From assembly GCF_018350175.1 (NCBI RefSeq), contig NC_058374.1, positions 59,520,001 to 59,584,000 on the forward strand: 64,000 nt of DNA. The letters are read 5' to 3'. Both the position numbers and the translations under genes were made by a program. This document shows positions 49,401-61,425 of the stretch, piece by piece. Each line of letters starts with the position of its first letter. Position 1 is the first letter of the stretch. Below the pieces are notes generated by a model that had not been told where the DNA came from, did no database searches, and saw only the letters and a list, made by a program, of their open reading frames with translations. This stretch comes from Felis catus (Eukaryota).

Positions 49401-51052
49401 CATCCTTTCCCCAGCTATAATTAAGATGGAAGCTCATTTGCCATCCTGAGGATTGGTGTAACCAAGCATATGACAGAGCAAGATTTTGGGCCATTTTTAT
49501 CAGTTTTGGAACTACAGCTCTCCCATGGCCAAATTTCTCTTCATGTTTCAGATTTCAGAGCAAGGACTAACATTTCCTGCACAGACAGGCCATCCCTTAG
49601 CAATCCTGATTCGGCTGACCACTGTTCACTGGAGCCGCATGCAAGGGATAGGGTGGACGCATTCCAGCACACTGGGGTTTGGAACAGCACCTCTCATCCC
49701 CAGAGAAGGGATTCTCTGTGGGGGCTGAATTGGCAGTGCTTAAGCTTGCCTTGCGGTCGGCACGTAGGCCATCAGAAATCATCTGGGCGTCAACCTGCCA
49801 AGCTGAGGCTGTCCTGGGGTGAGGGGATTTATTGCTAACAGAAGAAAGAAAAGAAGTCATTTTCTTAATTCCGCTTTGCAGGCCACTTTTATGTAAAGAG
49901 ACTCCACTGTTGCTTCAATCAGTTCAATATCTAATTCATCATGCCTGTGTTCTTCCAGCAGTTCAGGCCTGCCTGCTACCAGGAGCAGGTGCCAAATCAG
50001 AGTGTGGAATTTTCCCAGCAGGCCTTAGGGTGTGTTGCTGCCAAGGCAGCTGTGGTAGGGTTGAGGAATAATGAGTGAACCACAAATCCAGAAAAGGAAG
50101 AGGAGGCTGCCTTTTTGGCTTGGGCTGACTCAGGTACAGGCTGTCCCTTGAGGAAAGATGTGGGCTGTGAAGACCCCTCCAGTGCCAAGGCTGGACAAGG
50201 CCAGGGCAGGCAAGAATGGACCCCACAGAGCAGCTTCCCAGAACTAGGTTAATCAGACCAGGTGAGGACAGCTCAGAGTGGCTGCCTGCTAAGGCCACAG
50301 CAGGCTCTGCCCAGTAGGAGTAGCAAAAAGCAGTTGGTTGCTGGGAAAGTCCTAGAGACCTATGTTCAGTGAGCAACAGAGCACCGACTGAGCATCTGAA
50401 GTGTGGTCTGGAGCTAAGTGTGTGCCAGGGAGGAAGCAGAGCTGTGTGCCACACAGGGCATTCAAAATAGCAGGAACAAAGCCAGTGATAGCCAAAGAGT
50501 TGAGGTCAAAAGTCCAAGCCAAATGAGTAGCAAAAGAGAAGCAAGTTCTTTGGAGTCAATCAATGGCAAATACATATTGACATCACTTGATAGAGTATGT
50601 TTTTTCTCATGTCTCATGGCCAACATGGCACATAGTACACCTAGACAGACACAAGACTTGTCATCACAGCTGTTAGTCTGCCTTTACCTGTCCTGGACTC
50701 CACTCTCTTGGCTGCAATTCTGAGACCACATTCAAGGTCTTTGGGAATGAGTGCCATGGTGTGATGTCTGCCACGGGAACAGGAAAGGAAACAAGGTACA
50801 CTGGCCTTGGCCATGGTTTTGTTCTTCCTTCGTTTGAGGGTTTCTTTAACTTCACAAAGACAACAAAATATTTTGTTGAGAATGACTGAGCCCGTAATAG
50901 GACATGAGAACCATAGTTTTGCATTTTACTCTACATTGATGTAGACAAATCACCTAAATCAAGCTAAGGACATGGGGTGAGATTTGATATGAAAGCCCAG
51001 GACTTCATCATTAAACAAATGAACACTGTCCCTCAGTGTACCTGCGTTTTCT

Positions 51053-51287
51053 TTTTTTTTTTTTTTTATTTAAAAAAAATTTTTTTTTCAACGTTTATTT
51101 ATTTTTGGGACAGAGAGAGAGCATGAACGGGCGAGGGGCAGAGAGAGAGGGAGACACAGAATCGGAAACAGGCTCCAGGCTCTGAGCCATCAGCCCAGAG
51201 CCCGACCCGGGGCTCGAACTCACAGACCGCGAGATCGTGACCTGGCTGAAGTCGGACGCTTAACCGACTGCGCCACCCAGGCGCCCC
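51053..51287 (-). mobile_element. Young Can-SINE (SINEC_Fc)
   Basis: CpG-rich, near-consensus body with a long T tract. Perfect 15-bp TSD gtacctgcgttttct at 51038-51052 and 51288-51302. Confidence 0.97.
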
Positions 51288-53409
51288 GTACCTGCGTTTT
51301 CTACCCTTATCGAATTTTGATTCATCCACTTCTATTGCTTCTGTTCCATGTACATACTCTTTTGATAGGATTAAGATTTTTCTGGTTTGAATTCTGAACT
51401 GAAAGCTTCACTGGGCTGAGACATAGATACCATGAGACTCCCTGTATTCCAATATTAAACATCCCCTTGGTAGAAAAATCTTGAGATTTTCCTTTCTAAA
51501 AACAACTGAGTAGGTATTGAAGGGTTGTTTTAACCAATGTCCTTTAAGGAGGTGGAACGAAGCTATTTCCTTCTACTTTTTAAAGGGACATAGCTCTGAA
51601 TGTCTAATATTTGTATGGGGTTTAAAACCTCAGAGTTTGGAATGGTCATCTGGTAGGAAGATGAGTAAACAAACATTGAGTGGTCAGGTGTCAGGTATTG
51701 CACTAGTGCTTTCCTGCGGGTGTGTCATTAAATCCTCAGAACAATCCAGAAAAGAGTCTTCACTTATGTCTTTATGTATGAGTATGGGAAAGTTCAGGGA
51801 GTTTGAATGTTACAGACTCAACTGATTGAATGGCATTTGAACCGAGTTCTGATTCTAAACCCCATGATGCTGTTGGATTCTATTCTCCTGGTGGTGGCTG
51901 TTTTGAACCACTTGTTTCTTTAAGCACTTCATGCTATAGCCTTGTGGCCTAAAACATTAACTGCATTAATAATTACATAAACAAACTAATACAAAATGAG
52001 CTGATTAATCAATTTGGAAAAGACCTTGATGTTCTTATTTCCTAGTAGTTATTGTTTAATACTGTGTCTATAACTTAAATGTGGGCGATATTCCAACAAA
52101 ATTTTTAATTCATAGGGAGGTTATTCTGAAAAGTTTATGGTATGCAATAAAAGGCAAAAAAGTACAACATGAGGTGACCTCATTAATTCCTCCACTTCCA
52201 TTTGGAGATTTTTAAAGTTTCCCAGATAGTCCATGGGCATCATAATTCCTGCTTAAGAACTAGATTCATTTTCCTCTATCATCTTTTTTTCCCTCACCTG
52301 CTCATTCTCCTTCATGTGGGGTATGCAGATCTCCTGACTCTGGAATTTCAACTCAATAGAGAACTATATTTTAAAGCATGAATAGTGCTGGTATATCTTT
52401 TGGAAAGATCTCTGAGGTATATAGGAGTATGGCGGCAAAGAAATTATTGGCCTATGTCAGAACTGATTATAAACAGATGCTCAAAGTCCAGACATGTTCA
52501 CAGGAAATCTGGCTATTGCAGAGAAAATAGGCAGCATTTGAGTCTCAAAACAGAGAAAACCAGAGGCTCTTAGGAAAGAGTCTATAGAGAATACAAACCC
52601 TTGAACAACAACAAAAAATTAGTTGGGTGCACAGGTGCTGTTTTTATCACTCAATTCTGCTGAGAGTATAGATTTCAGATAGAAGAGAAAGAGCTAAGAG
52701 ATCAATGACTGCCTATCCAGACCGTGATGATGAACTGGATTTGGATTTGGGGCCCATTCGCTTAAGATGCTAGAATACTAGGTTCTTGGCCATGAGTGGT
52801 TCACATTTCACATGCACAAAAGGAGTGTCTGCCTAGAGGCTAGATTGGCAGAACCAGAGGCTTTTAAGTCAGTATAGTGGAGGAGGAAGAAAAATAGTCC
52901 CAAACATGTGAAAACAGTTACCGTGGAAGGTAGCAGGTAGAAACATGTAAGGAAACAATAGAGTGGGAAAGAGCATAGTGAGTCACAAGTGTGATGGGGA
53001 GAAGGCTTCAATATCAGTGCACACAGACCATGGGGAATTCACAGTGGAGCTGGAGATGATGATGCAGATATCAGTCCTCTGTCACTAGGGCTTGAGGAAA
53101 CTTTAGAGCAAATGCACACCATAGCTGTGGAATAAAGCAAGAGGCCAGGAGGAAGAGAGAAAGGAATAGGTTGTGAATTTGATCCCAGAGTGGTTTGTAG
53201 TGACGGTTCAAGAAGTAGGCTGTGGTCTTCTCTAGGTTGCTAAGCATTATTGAAACTAGTGAATGTATTTGCTTGGGAGGTGATGAGTGAAGGATAGTTT
53301 CTTAGAAGGCCTAAACTTGGGCCATAAATACATCATTGGGCTTAATTTTATACATGTAAATAAAATTGGGTAGAATGGGACTCAAGAATCAGGTAATGTT
53401 TCTTACTGA

Positions 53410-53975
53410 GTCATTGCTTATTCATCAAATATGAATTGAGTGCCTACTTTATTAGGGTGCTGAGGATAGAGCACTGAATGAGAGAGACAAGAGCCTTTAA
53501 ATGATGCAGCTCACTAACAAATGGGAGGGTGAGAGGCAAAACATAAACAGGATAGCAATTAAATAAATAAGAACATTTCATATAGTGATTTTTACTATGA
53601 TGAAAAGGTAATAAAGATTGAGAACTGGCAGTAGAGATGTAGTGAGATGAACAGTTAACTTTGGATTGGAGGTAGTGAGAATGGGCACTCTGAGGGTACA
53701 TCATTTGAATAAAGTGCCGAGAGATGGACCCACAATGTAAAGGAATGGGGACAGAGTGATCCAAGTAGAGGGAACCACATCGGCAATGGCCGCGAGGGAG
53801 GAGTCCACCTGAAAAGTTTCAAACCAAAAATAAGCTAAAAAAGCTGGAGGATAATAAAGGGGGTGGGGAGTGGGAAGAAGTGAGGTTGGAAAGGTAGATA
53901 GGGCCTGATCATGTAGATATTTGAGAGCAATGATGAGGAATTTTGATTTCTTTTTAAGTGCAAAAGGAAGCCTTC
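53410..53975 (-). mobile_element. L2 LINE 3' remnant
   Basis: ttattcatcaaatatgaattgagtgcctact...gggcctgatcatgtag...ttttaagtgcaaaaggaagcc. Confidence 0.7.
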
Positions 53976-53984
53976 AGACCCCAA

Positions 53985-54998
53985 CAAGACTATCAGTGGG
54001 TTTCTCAGCAGAAAGTTTTCATGCCAGAAGAGAATAGGATGATATATTCACAATACTGAAAAAAATCCTGTCAACCAAAAATACTATACGTAGCAAAGCT
54101 GTCCTTAAAAAATGAAGGGAAGATAAAGGCTTTCCGAAACACACAAACGCTGAGGGAGTTTATCACCACTAGACCTTTAGAAAAAAATGTTTAAGGGTGT
54201 TTTTCAAGCTGAAAGAATGCTAATTAACAGCACAAAAACATATGAATGTGTAAAGCTCACCAGTAAAAGTAAGTAAAAAGTCAAAGCCAGATTCTCTAAT
54301 GTTGTAATGGTGATGTGTAAATCGCTTACAATTCTAGCTTAAAAGTTAAAAACAAACATAGCTTGTTTGTTTTTAAAACAAACAAACAAACAAACAAAAA
54401 ATAGCCATAGCTATAATAATTTGTTAGTGGATACACAATATAAAAAAGATGTAAACTGTAACATCAGTAACCTAAAATGTGAGGAAGAGGGAGAAGTAAA
54501 AGTACAGTTTTTCTGTATGCTGTCAAAGTTAAGTTGTTAGCTTAAAATAAGATGCTATAACTATAAGATTTTTATCTAAGCCTCATGGTAACCCAAAGGA
54601 ACAATCTGTAGTAGACACGAGAAAAGATTATATCGAAACATACAACCACAAAAAAATTATCAAATCACAAAAGAAGACAGCAAGAGGGGAAGAAATTAAT
54701 AATAGAAATACAAAATAGTCATAAAACAATTAATAAAATGGTAATAGTAAGTCTTTACCTATCAATAATTACTTTAAATGTAATTGGAATAAATTCCTTA
54801 ATCAAAAGACATACAGTGGCTGAAAGGATTAAAAAAAAACAAGATCCAATAATATACAGCTTACACTTTAGCTTTAAGGGCACATATAGGCTGAAAGTGA
54901 AGAGATGGAAAAAGATATTCCAAGCAAATGGTAACCAGAAGAAAACAGAGGTAGCTATACTTATTCATGTCAAGTTAGATTTTCAAAGACAACTGATA
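53985..54998 (+). mobile_element. Old L1 fragment: ORF1 C-terminus, inter-ORF region and ORF2 endonuclease N-terminus
   Basis: ORF1-type text tttctcagcagaaa...gccagaagagaataggatgatatattc...ctgagggagtttatcaccactagacct. ORF 54738 (YLSIITLNVIGINSLIKRH...RLKVKRWKKIFQANGNQKKTEVAILI) is the L1 EN domain. Confidence 0.92.
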
Positions 54999-55330
54999 CT
55001 TGTTTTGTGACCTAATATATGATCTATTCTAGAAAATGTTCTGTGTGCTTGGGAAGAACATGTGTTCTGTTGTTATTGGATAGAATTTTCTGTATATATG
55101 TTTAGTATATTTGGTTTTTAGTGTTGTCCAAACCCAATAATTCCTATTGATTCTCTGTCTGAATAATCTATCCATTATTGACAATGGGGTATTAAAGTCC
55201 CCAACTATCACTGTATGCTTATTTATTCTTTCAATTCTATTAATATTTGTTTTACATATTTAGGCGCTTCAATGCTGGATGCATATGTTTTTTAAATTAT
55301 ATCTTCTTGATGAATTGCCTCCTTAATCAT
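54999..55330 (-). mobile_element. Inverted segment of the same L1 endonuclease region
   Basis: Minus strand reads atgattaaggaggcaattcatcaagaagat ... IVGDFNTPLSIMDR ... atagatcatatattaggtcacaaaacaag. Confidence 0.88.
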
Positions 55331-55393
55331 GAGATAAACAAAGATCATTATATAACAGAGGATAAAGTCTCAGCATATTCAAGAAGATAACAT

Positions 55394-56637
55394 GGATAGA
55401 CTTATGGGAGTTGAACATGAAATGTAAAAATCTTTGTTTCACATTTTATCTACATATCAAATAGCATCAACCACAAAATACTAAAATATTAATCAGAATG
55501 ACTTAGCCAGTTGACATCAGCAAACCTCTGTCATCAACCACTTGAGTGCTGACACAATGAGATTATGAATGCGATACAATGGTAGCATGATTGGAAGATA
55601 TTCATGGGCTCAACAGCATGGGCTTGTACTCACCAAGCTTGCTCTAGATACTCCCTCTGCCTAATGTCCAATCTGCCATCAATAGAACCAATGCTGGTAA
55701 GATACAATCCCTTGAGATCAACCAGCCACTTGATGGCAAGTTGATTACATTGGACCCTTCCACCTAGAAAGGACAGTGGCACATATTATGGGTATGAAAT
55801 TTGTCTGTCCTAGGGCTTCAACCTGTACTGCTATCCAAAGGCTCATAGAACATTTGAGCCATTGACTTGTGATCTTGCATAACAATACATTGGACCAAAG
55901 AAGTCACTTTAGAGCAGTGGTTCTCAAAGTGTGGTCCCTGGATCAGTACCTTCATCATTACTTGGGAACTTATTAGAGATGCAACTGAGCTAAGGCCCAG
56001 AAATCTATGTTTTAATATGCCTTCCAATAAATCTAATGTACATGAATATTTGAGAACCACTTCTTTATAACAAAAAAAAAAGATGTGGCATTGGACATAT
56101 GGCCATAATATCTACTGGTCTTATCACATACTGTGTTACCAAGAAGATACCCTGACAGAGTGACAAAAGGGTCTTTTGAAAGTACAGTGCCTATTTGGAG
56201 ATAGTACCTTGTATAGATATCATCCTCTAGGGTATATTATATATCTCAGGCTTTCTTAATCAGAATTCCATGAGAGATTTAGACCATACCAAAAATAGTC
56301 TATTTTTTCAATTTTCCCAAAGATAGTCCATAGCTAATACTATTTTAGACTCTTAGGAAGAAAGTTAATTCATTTAATATAATGGATATACTGGGGCATT
56401 AGAGCTTAATTATCATGGAAAATGCTTGCTAAGAAGAGCTTCCATAAATCAATGACCATTATAATGTGTTGTGCCTCCAATAGGAAGAATAAATGGGTCT
56501 AGGAAACAAGGGGAGAAAGGGAAATAAGAGTGGTAATTCTTATCATCCCTCCCCGTGACCCTTCTAGGAAATTTAGTCTTCTTGTTCTCATAACTCTGGG
56601 CTCTGTGAGTCTAGAAATCCTAGTTCCCAGAAGATGT
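55394..56637 (+). mobile_element. ERV-L (class III) internal pol fossil: RNase H end and integrase
   Basis: Degenerate ERV-L motifs: WAQQHGLVLTK (tgggctcaacagcatgggcttgtactcaccaag), CPICHQ, QPAT*WQVDYIGP, DQRSHF, WSYH and GSRKQG. Many stops and frameshifts. Confidence 0.85.
55915..56061. mobile_element. MER5A-like hAT MITE inserted in the ERV-L integrase
   Basis: TIRs cagtggttctcaaa ... tttgagaaccact. Flanks ctttagag / ctttataa. Confidence 0.85.
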
Positions 56638-56960
56638 GTCCCAGAACAAAGAAGTAAACCGAGAAAGAATAAAACATATTATCTAGAAAAGAGTGGATTC
56701 AACTTAGGAGAAGAGTAGAGAGAAGACTTAGGATACTCACTACACGACCTAAATTGAGAGCAACATTTACACTTTGGAACAGCAGTATAGGGGGCTTGGG
56801 AGACAGGTATCCAAATTCAATAAGGCAGATATTATGGATGGTTATGTGATGGAGCATCCAGAAAAAAATTAAGAATATGCATATGGAAATTATGCAAGTG
56901 AAAATTTTTAAGAAAGAAAAAATTATGGTAAGAGTAATATATATATATGCGCATATATAT

Positions 56961-57009
<49 letters not shown>

Positions 57010-57012
<3 letters not shown>

Positions 57013-57347
57013 TTGACCCTTGAACAATCCAGAGGGTGGGACTCCTAACACTCCATGAAGTCGAAAATCCACATACAACTTTTGACTACCCCAGAACTTA
57101 ACTACTAATAGCTTACTGTTAACTAGAAGCCTTAATGATAATGTAAACAATTGGTTAACATATATTATCTCTGTTGTATGTATTATAACTGTATTCTTAT
57201 AATAAAGTAAGCTAGAGAAAAAATGTTACTTAATAAATTCATAAGGAGGAGAAAATATATTTACAGTAGTGTACTGTATTTATTGAAAAAAGTCCATGTG
57301 TGAGTGGACTCATGCAATTCAAAACCATATTGTTTAAGGGTCAACTG
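57010..57347. mobile_element. Tigger3a/MER7-like TcMar-Tigger MITE
   Basis: TIRs CAGTTGACCCTTGAACAA / TTGTTTAAGGGTCAACTG with TA on both sides. Flanked by (TA)n at 56937-57009 and (GT)n at 57351-57382. Confidence 0.9.
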
Positions 57348-57348
57348 T

Positions 57349-57385
<37 letters not shown>

Positions 57386-58180
57386 CATATGAATATATAG
57401 CTATACATATATGTATGCTTCCTGTCCCTATACCTCTGGTCCCCAAATATTGGTACAGTAAGTTAAATTTACCAATGGCATGTATCTACCATATGTGTGG
57501 GGATACATATATTTATGAATAATAACTCAGGTAGAAAGAAGTAATATGAAGAGAAAAAGAGAGTTGGTGATGGAGGGTGCCCTCCTAGCTCAGGTGTTTA
57601 GGGAAGGCTTGAACAAAAACATAAATAAAATGAAGGAGTAAATCATGAAGTTAAGAAGTTAAGAAGGTGGAGTGCAAGAGAGCCCCCAAGGCAGAGCAAA
57701 AACAAACACAAAGGAACAGAAGGAGCATTAGTATCTAGAAGGTCAGCAGGAAAGGGAAGGAGTTGTTGAGTATTGAAGGAGTGAGGACTTATATGAAAAC
57801 ATCAGCTAGGAGAGTGGCAAATCAACTACTAGAGAAATAAATAGGTAGTACCAAGCAGTGCTATGAGCTCATTTGAGGTCTTTGGTCTTAAATTTAAAGG
57901 AAAGTATTTAAATTTAAAGTAAGACTACTCAATATGGTTCTGTGATTTTTTTTCCCAGCAATATTATAAGATGGAAGGAGGTAGGCACAGTATAGGATGT
58001 AATCAGGACCAGAGTTTAACCAAGTAAATACAATGGGGAAGAAAAGAGCAAGATATTTAAGATGCTTGTGAGTTTTTCTAATGATGAAATTTAAGCTGAC
58101 TCTGCAGGGAAGTGGGCACATGGAGGATAACGGAGAATGAAAATTTTCTAGGTTCAAAAGATTTAAAAAGATCTAGCCCT

Positions 58181-58282
58181 GGGGCACCTGGGTGGCTCAG
58201 TCAGTTAAGCATTGGACTTTGGCACAGGTCATGATCTCACAGTCCATGAGTTCAAGCCCCACATCAGGCTCTGTGCTGACAG
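58181..58282 (+). mobile_element. Can-SINE 5' half, truncated by a gap
   Basis: ggggcacctgggtggctcagtcagttaag...ctctgtgctgacag, then N run. Confidence 0.93.
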
Positions 58283-58944
58283 NNNNNNNNNNNNNNNNNN
58301 NNNNNNNNNNNNNNNNNNNNNNNNNNNNNNNNNNNNNNNNNNNNNNNNNNNNNNNNNNNNNNNNNNNNNNNNNNNNNNNNNNNNNNNNNNNNNNNNNNNN
58401 NNNNNNNNNNNNNNNNNNNNNNNNNNNNNNNNNNNNNNNNNNNNNNNNNNGGGGATACAGTTTACCTGTATGCCTGTGTAGAAATGTATACATTTGAGGA
58501 TGAGAACACCAGATAGGCATATGGATAGTTTTAAGGAGACCACAGTTGGGGCCAGCTGGCAGAGAGGATACTTTCCTGACCCAGATCGCAACACAGCTCA
58601 GAAACCTTCTCCAGCCAGGAGGGCATCTGCAAGGGGTCTCATTTGGCTCAAAGTGGAGCATCTGACAAATTCTTGCCTTACTTTGCTGACAGAATTATCA
58701 ATCACTAAGTGGAGGAAGAGACAGAGGGAGCTTATACTTTAATAAGGAAGAATGTCTTGGTGAAAGTGAAGTTGATAGGAATTTTGAGAGAAAATGGTCT
58801 AATTCCCTTAACTACTCTAGATGAGCCTAATTCTCCTGGTTCATGAGATCAGTGAATCCACTAGTGGTAAATTTTGTGGAATTGTAAAAAAATAAAATAC
58901 TATTGGAGATACGTAAATGTTCTGACTTCAAGAAAGAAGCTACT

Positions 58945-59160
58945 GGGGCACCTGGGTGGCTCAGTTGGTTGAGTGTCTGACTTGATTTTGGCTCAGGTCA
59001 TGATCCCAGGGTTGTGGGATCGAACCCCGTGTCAAACCCCATGGCAGGCTCTGCACTGTGCATGGAGCCTGCTTGAGATTCTCTCTTTCTGTCCCTCTGC
59101 TCCTCTCCCCTGCTCATGCTCTCTCTCAAATTAAAAAAAAAAAAAAAAAGAGCATAAAAA
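58945..59160 (+). mobile_element. Can-SINE
   Basis: Typical head and tail. TSD aagaaagaag(c/t)tac. Confidence 0.95.
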
Positions 59161-59659
59161 AAGAAAGAAGTTACCTTCTTTCTCTTCCAAAATAGCCTAA
59201 GGACTACTAAAGAAAAAGATAATCAGATAGAAAAATAAACAATTGCTTACCTTACTTGAAGGATGAAGATTAGTCAATCAGAAGATGTTATTGGTGGCAG
59301 TTGACAGAAAGCAGAGGTGAAGGGTTAACAAAAGAAGCTATCTCAATCCCAAATGGATGCCAAAGGTTGGTATGGTGAGCTAAATCTACCAATGGCAATT
59401 ACTAGAAAAAAGTAACTTTTTTTTATTGTGTGCTTACATGGATTAACATTTATATACCTTATTTCTAATCCTTAAAACAACTCTGTAAGTTGAATTTTTA
59501 TACTTACCTTACGGTTGAAGAAACTGAGGTTAGACAAAATAATTGACTCTCTTGAAGGATATGATGGAGCCAAGATTCAAACTAGGTCAGTCTCTCTAAA
59601 TATCACTCTACAATGTCACTTGTATCTGAAAAACAATTGTTGATGTAAAGTGTATGTAA

Positions 59660-60497
59660 CAGAACTTTGTAGTGAAAAAGACAGTGGTTTTAGTTGGCAG
59701 TAAGCTCATTTAGAACCAAAAGCATGGTTGGGTCATTACTAAAACTAACATTACCTTAGTTTGCATCAACATGGAGTCAGAATCTTGAACGGTCACCATG
59801 TGTCCCAGCCACATCCAACTGTGAGCACCATGCTTAAAAAGAGATACAGGGGTGCCTGGGCAGCTCAGTCAAACACCCTACTTCTGCTTAGGTTATGATC
59901 TCACTGTTCGGTTCATGAGTTTGAGGCCCACATCCGGTGAGCTTGAGCCCCACTTTCGCTCCACACTGACAGTGCAGAGCCTGTGTGGGATTCTCTTTCT
60001 CTCTCTCTCTCTCTCTGCCTCTCCCTCACTTGGGCTCTCTCTCTCTCTCTCAATAAAAGAAAGAGAGAGAGAAAGAATGAATGAAAGAAAGAAAGAAGGA
60101 AAGAAAGAAGAGAGATATAAACAAACCAGATGATATTTGTAAGAAATAATGGAAATTCAAAATCATGTTGAAGGAACTAGGCATTTGGAGAAAGGAATGT
60201 CTACATAGAATATGATATATTTTCTAAAATATTTGACAGGCTTTTTATGGAAGAAAAAATATGATTATTCTGTATGAAAACCAAATGATAGACAAAAACT
60301 GATAAAAACCAAAGATCCAAATAAAATAGGGACTACCTGACTAATTAATTAATTAATTAATTAAAAGCATTAAATTTGTCATCCTGGTATATCTTCCAAC
60401 TACTGGTATATTATGGAGGCATCTCAGGCCTCAGATAGGTGATTGTGTTACATGATTCTTCTATTTTCTCCCAACTCTAACATTCTATGATTCTATG
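59660..60497 (+). mobile_element. CR1/L3 LINE 3' remnant, interrupted by the SINE at 59849
   Basis: L3-like ORF text (gttgaaggaactaggcatttggagaa) and the CR1 terminal repeat ccaactctaacATTCTATGATTCTATG. Confidence 0.7.
59849..60110 (+). mobile_element. Can-SINE with internal duplication and GA-rich tail
   Basis: ggggtgcctgggcagctcagtc head, duplicated gag(t/c)ttgag(g)cccac segment, (GAAA)n tail. TSD agagata(c/t)a. Confidence 0.88.
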
Positions 60498-60679
60498 CCT
60501 TCTCATTTTTAAAAGACCAAGTTTCTTTACATACACAACTGTATAGTTTTGTAATGCATAAATTCTACTGTGTCATACCTGATTTATTTAGTAAGTAAAG
60601 TCCGATACTTTTCTTTTTTTTAAATTGGATTTCCTCTCTTAGTCTCCTCAATCCACTGATTTCAGCAGCTCCACACCTC

Positions 60680-60840
60680 TATGGGTTCAAATCCTAGCTT
60701 TGCCACTTACTAATTGCCTTCTTGAACAATTACTTAACTTTTCTATAATAATACCTAGTTCACAGGATTATTATGAGGATCAGTAAGTTAACACATGTGA
60801 AGCACTTAGAACTGTACCTTGCGTTTAGTAAGCAGGAGAT
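60680..60840 (+). mobile_element. MIR remnant
   Basis: tgggttcaaatcctagctttgccacttactaa...cacaggattattatgaggatca...aagcacttagaac. Confidence 0.75.
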
Positions 60841-60889
60841 AAATCTGAGGCATTGTATTCCCCATGTAAATCCCTCCATGTCAACGGCC

Positions 60890-61425
60890 AGAGTACTAAT
60901 CGACTATAATGGCTACATAATATTCTGTAATTTATTCACTCCTTCTTTCTTTGATGAGTATTCTCTTTTTTTTTCCAGCTTCCTCCCTCATACAAGTAGA
61001 ATTGAAATATATAAGTGTACTTATATCTTTTGTATTGCTGTTTCTATGTCTATCCACAGGAGTGGAGTGAAGTGGATTGTTGGATTGAAGGCTAGATGTA
61101 TTTTTAATTTTAAGAGATGTTGCCATTTTGCCCTCACCAATAAGGCTGTAAATCTTCATATTTCCTCGAGTAAGGTATAAAAGTCCACTTCTCTCTACAT
61201 TCCCACCAGCAATAAGGAGTACAGCTCTTTCTAACTTTTGCCAGAGTAACAGGTATCAGTAAAGTGATATTTTATTGTTTCTTTAATTTGTGGTCCCATA
61301 ATTTTAAGGAATTTGAACACTTTTTTCATGTTGGTTAGCCATTAACTCATTTTTCAACTGGGTTGTTCATATTGTTCTGGTCAACTTCTAAGCACTCTTT
61401 GCATACCATATATATTAACTACTTG
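60890..61425 (-). mobile_element. Old L1 (L1ME-like) 3' fragment
   Basis: atggctacataatattc...gattgttggattgaaggctagatgtatttttaattt...tttattgtttctttaatttg...tttgaacacttttttcatgttggttagccatt. Confidence 0.7.

Noticed and set aside
12172-58661. Long ORFs containing X runs (e.g. 12234-12716, 41258-42009, 58197-58661)
   Set aside because: Artefacts of reading through N gaps.
2137-60133. Recurring peptide motif 'WVAQSVK..T.AQVMIS...GSVLTAQSLEPASDS' in many ORFs, resembling a gene family
   Set aside because: It is the translation of Can-SINE copies, not a protein family.
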